DNA of 64,000 nucleotides, taken from NCBI GenBank assembly GCA_044229845.1, contig JBGASG010000002.1, forward strand, positions 352,001 through 416,000. Reading direction: 5' to 3'. Below the pieces are notes generated by a model. It made no database searches, had not been told where the DNA came from, and was given only the letters and a program-made list of their open reading frames with translations. This DNA is from Candidatus Obscuribacteraceae bacterium (GTDB lineage: Bacteria > Cyanobacteriota > Vampirovibrionia > Obscuribacterales > Obscuribacteraceae). Below, in pieces: positions 61,930 through 64,000 of this stretch (its first letter is position 1; each line of letters opens with the position of its first letter). Both the position numbers and the translations under genes were made by a program.

Positions 61930-64000
61930 GTGAAGCTCTCGTACAACTGGCTCTCGGACTTTGTCGACGTTTCCGGATTGTCACCGCAGGAAGTGGCAGA
62001 CCGCCTGACCATGGGCGCCATGGAAGTAGAAGAGGTAAGACCTTTCGGCCCGGATCTGGTGGGCGATGTGATTGTCGGCGAGATACTCGAGATCAATCCT
62101 CACCCCAACGCCGACAAAATTCGCGTCACCAAAATCAAACTGCAAGACCAGGCGGAAGCGCGCGAAATCGTTTGCGGCGCCTGGAACATCAATGTCGGCG
62201 ACCGCATTCCGGTCGCCCTGCCCGGCTCTCGTGTAATCAACCGTCACGACGGCACCGCTCTCGAGATCAAAGAAAGCAAAATCCGCGGCGTCACCTCCAA
62301 CGGCATGCTCTGCTCGGCACCGGAACTTGGTATTACAGGTAGTGGCGATGGTATCCTCTTGCTCGACAAGCAGACGCCGCTGGGTATCGACGCCAAACAA
62401 CTTTTGCACCTGCAAAAAGACTGGATTCTTCATGTCGGTTCGCGCAGCAATCGCGGCGATGCACTGTGCGTGGTCGGACTGGCGCGCGAGGTGGCGGCGC
62501 TTTTCGGACGCCCCTTGAAGAAACAAGATTGGGCGCTGCCCGCAGGCGAAGACCAGTCACAGTCAGTGGTCGTCGAGATCGAAAGCCTGGAGGACTGCCC
62601 GTTTTTCACAGCTCGCCTCTTGACCCAATTGCAGAACGGCGCTTCACCCTACTTGATCGAAAGACGCCTGCAGGCAGTCGGCATGCGCACCGTCAGCGTC
62701 ATTGTCGACATCACCAATTATGTGATGCTGGAATACGGTCAGCCGCTGCATGCTTATGATCTGCGGCAACTGCGCGGACCCCAACTTTCCACGCGCCGCG
62801 CCCGCAAAGGCGAAAGACTGACGACCATCGATGCCAAAGAACGAGACCTGAGCGAAGAAGTGATGGTGATTGCCGATGCCGGTGGAGTGGTCGGCGTCGC
62901 CGGAGTGATGGGCGGCAAAGACAGCGAAATAGCCGACGACACTCAAGCTATCGCTCTGGAAGCGGCATGCTTCCGCCCGTCCCGAGTGCGGCGCGGCAGC
63001 CGCCTGCTGGGCTTGACCAGCGACAGCAGCCTGCGCTTCGAACGGGGCGTCGACCTGGGCTCCGTGCGCGTTGCCTCCGATCGCGCCACTTACCTGTTGC
63101 TCAAGTATGCCGGGGGTAAATTAGGAGAATTGACGGCCGCCGGCTCCGACGCCGTGCCACCACAGACGGTATCGATGCGCATGTCGCAACTGAAGCGCAT
63201 AACCGAAATCGAAATCAGCTCCAACGAGGCCACGAGCCTCCTGGCGCCGTTGGGCTTCGACGGCAAAGCCCGCGGCGAAGACGGTATCGAAGTAGACGTG
63301 CCCTCGTTTCGTCAAAAAGATGTGACGCGCGAGATTGATCTGATCGAGGAAGTCTGCCGGCTCTGGGGCTACGATCGCTTACCGCCGTCGATGCCCGGGC
63401 AAACCATCGCCGCCGCACCGCCGGACCAGGCGCCATTGATATCACGCGAGAGTCTGCGCGCCTCCGGCTTGAGCGAAGCCTGGCTGAGTTCATTGATCAG
63501 CATCGAAGACCTGCAAGGCCGTGGCGCCGTTCCCAGCAGCGACGAACGACAGGTGCGCGTGCTCAATCCATTGAGCGAAGAGCATCAAGTTTTGAGGCAG
63601 AGCCTGATTCCAGGGCTTTTGCGTGCGGCCGCCTACAACCAGGCACGCGGGCGGCTGGATGTCTGGCTGTTTGAGGTGGGCCGCAATTATCAGACGCAAT
63701 CTGCAAACGCGCGCGCAACGGATCCCAAGCAGACTGCCACAGTTGAAAAGCTGCTGGTGTCCGGGGTTCTTTCCGGTGCTCCCCAGCAAGCCCCCTGGAG
63801 AGCCCAGGGGGAATCCGACTACTACACGGCGAAGGGCGTTGTGGAGAACCTGATTAAGGACTTGCGCCTGGATCCTGCGAAGGTGGCATTCGTCGGCGGC
63901 AATATGCCGGGCTGGTTCCACCCAAACAAGAGTTGTTGTGTCGTCTATCGACCAGACGGCAACACACATCTAGACCTGGGAATGGTTGGAGAAGTCCATC
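61930..64000 (+). CDS. pheT: Phenylalanine-tRNA ligase beta subunit, truncated by window end
   Basis: GTG start after AAGGA; KLSYNWL, HPNADKI, IVCGAWN, SNGMLCS, NRGD, VDITNYVMLEYGQPLHAYD, RFERGVD and DLIEEV. Confidence 0.95.
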   Translation, partial: MKLSYNWLSDFVDVSGLSPQEVADRLTMGAMEVEEVRPFGPDLVGDVIVGEILEINPHPNADKIRVTKIKLQDQAEAREIVCGAWNINVGDRIPVALPGSRVINRHDGTALEIKESKIRGVTSNGMLCSAPELGITGSGDGILLLDKQTPLGIDAKQLLHLQKDWILHVGSRSNRGDALCVVGLAREVAALFGRPLKKQDWALPAGEDQSQSVVVEIESLEDCPFFTARLLTQLQNGASPYLIERRLQAVGMRTVSVIVDITNYVMLEYGQPLHAYDLRQLRGPQLSTRRARKGERLTTIDAKERDLSEEVMVIADAGGVVGVAGVMGGKDSEIADDTQAIALEAACFRPSRVRRGSRLLGLTSDSSLRFERGVDLGSVRVASDRATYLLLKYAGGKLGELTAAGSDAVPPQTVSMRMSQLKRITEIEISSNEATSLLAPLGFDGKARGEDGIEVDVPSFRQKDVTREIDLIEEVCRLWGYDRLPPSMPGQTIAAAPPDQAPLISRESLRASGLSEAWLSSLISIEDLQGRGAVPSSDERQVRVLNPLSEEHQVLRQSLIPGLLRAAAYNQARGRLDVWLFEVGRNYQTQSANARATDPKQTATVEKLLVSGVLSGAPQQAPWRAQGESDYYTAKGVVENLIKDLRLDPAKVAFVGGNMPGWFHPNKSCCVVYRPDGNTHLDLGMVGEVH

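Overview
A gene-dense, GC-rich bacterial chromosome segment. The cyanobacteria-like GroEL, AccD and YggS-SepF, together with caspase-TPR, giant LysM, PAS-repeat and multiple Ser/Thr kinase genes and no photosynthesis genes, suggest a non-photosynthetic Cyanobacteriota relative such as Melainabacteria/Obscuribacterales (inference only). Housekeeping content: ruvC, a glgX/glgB/treS-mak/glgE alpha-glucan cluster, groESL, argH-like, accA/accD, rsmE, yggS-sepF, obgE, pheS and the 5' part of pheT. Main observations: (1) a dispersed, intergenic 14-bp palindrome AAGYGATATCRCTT with about 15 copies at 7 loci, single in divergent promoter regions and in 2-4-copy arrays right after stop codons, with recurring spacings of 27, 34 and 39-40 bp; (2) an IS1595-derived protein whose DDE core appears replaced by a DprA-like winged helix, with a start-codon-sequestering hairpin and two of those palindromes directly upstream; (3) a complete IS256 element (28-bp IRs, 8-bp target duplication) inserted into a hidden 65-aa metallothionein-like gene; (4) three tandem PAS-only paralogs with no output domain; (5) a candidate structured RNA upstream of yggS; (6) an unlisted 35-aa gene with its own terminator, degenerate signalling enzymes (GAEEF GGDEF, pseudokinase-kinase pair) and two probable pseudogenes. 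All calls are by eye; no database searches were run.
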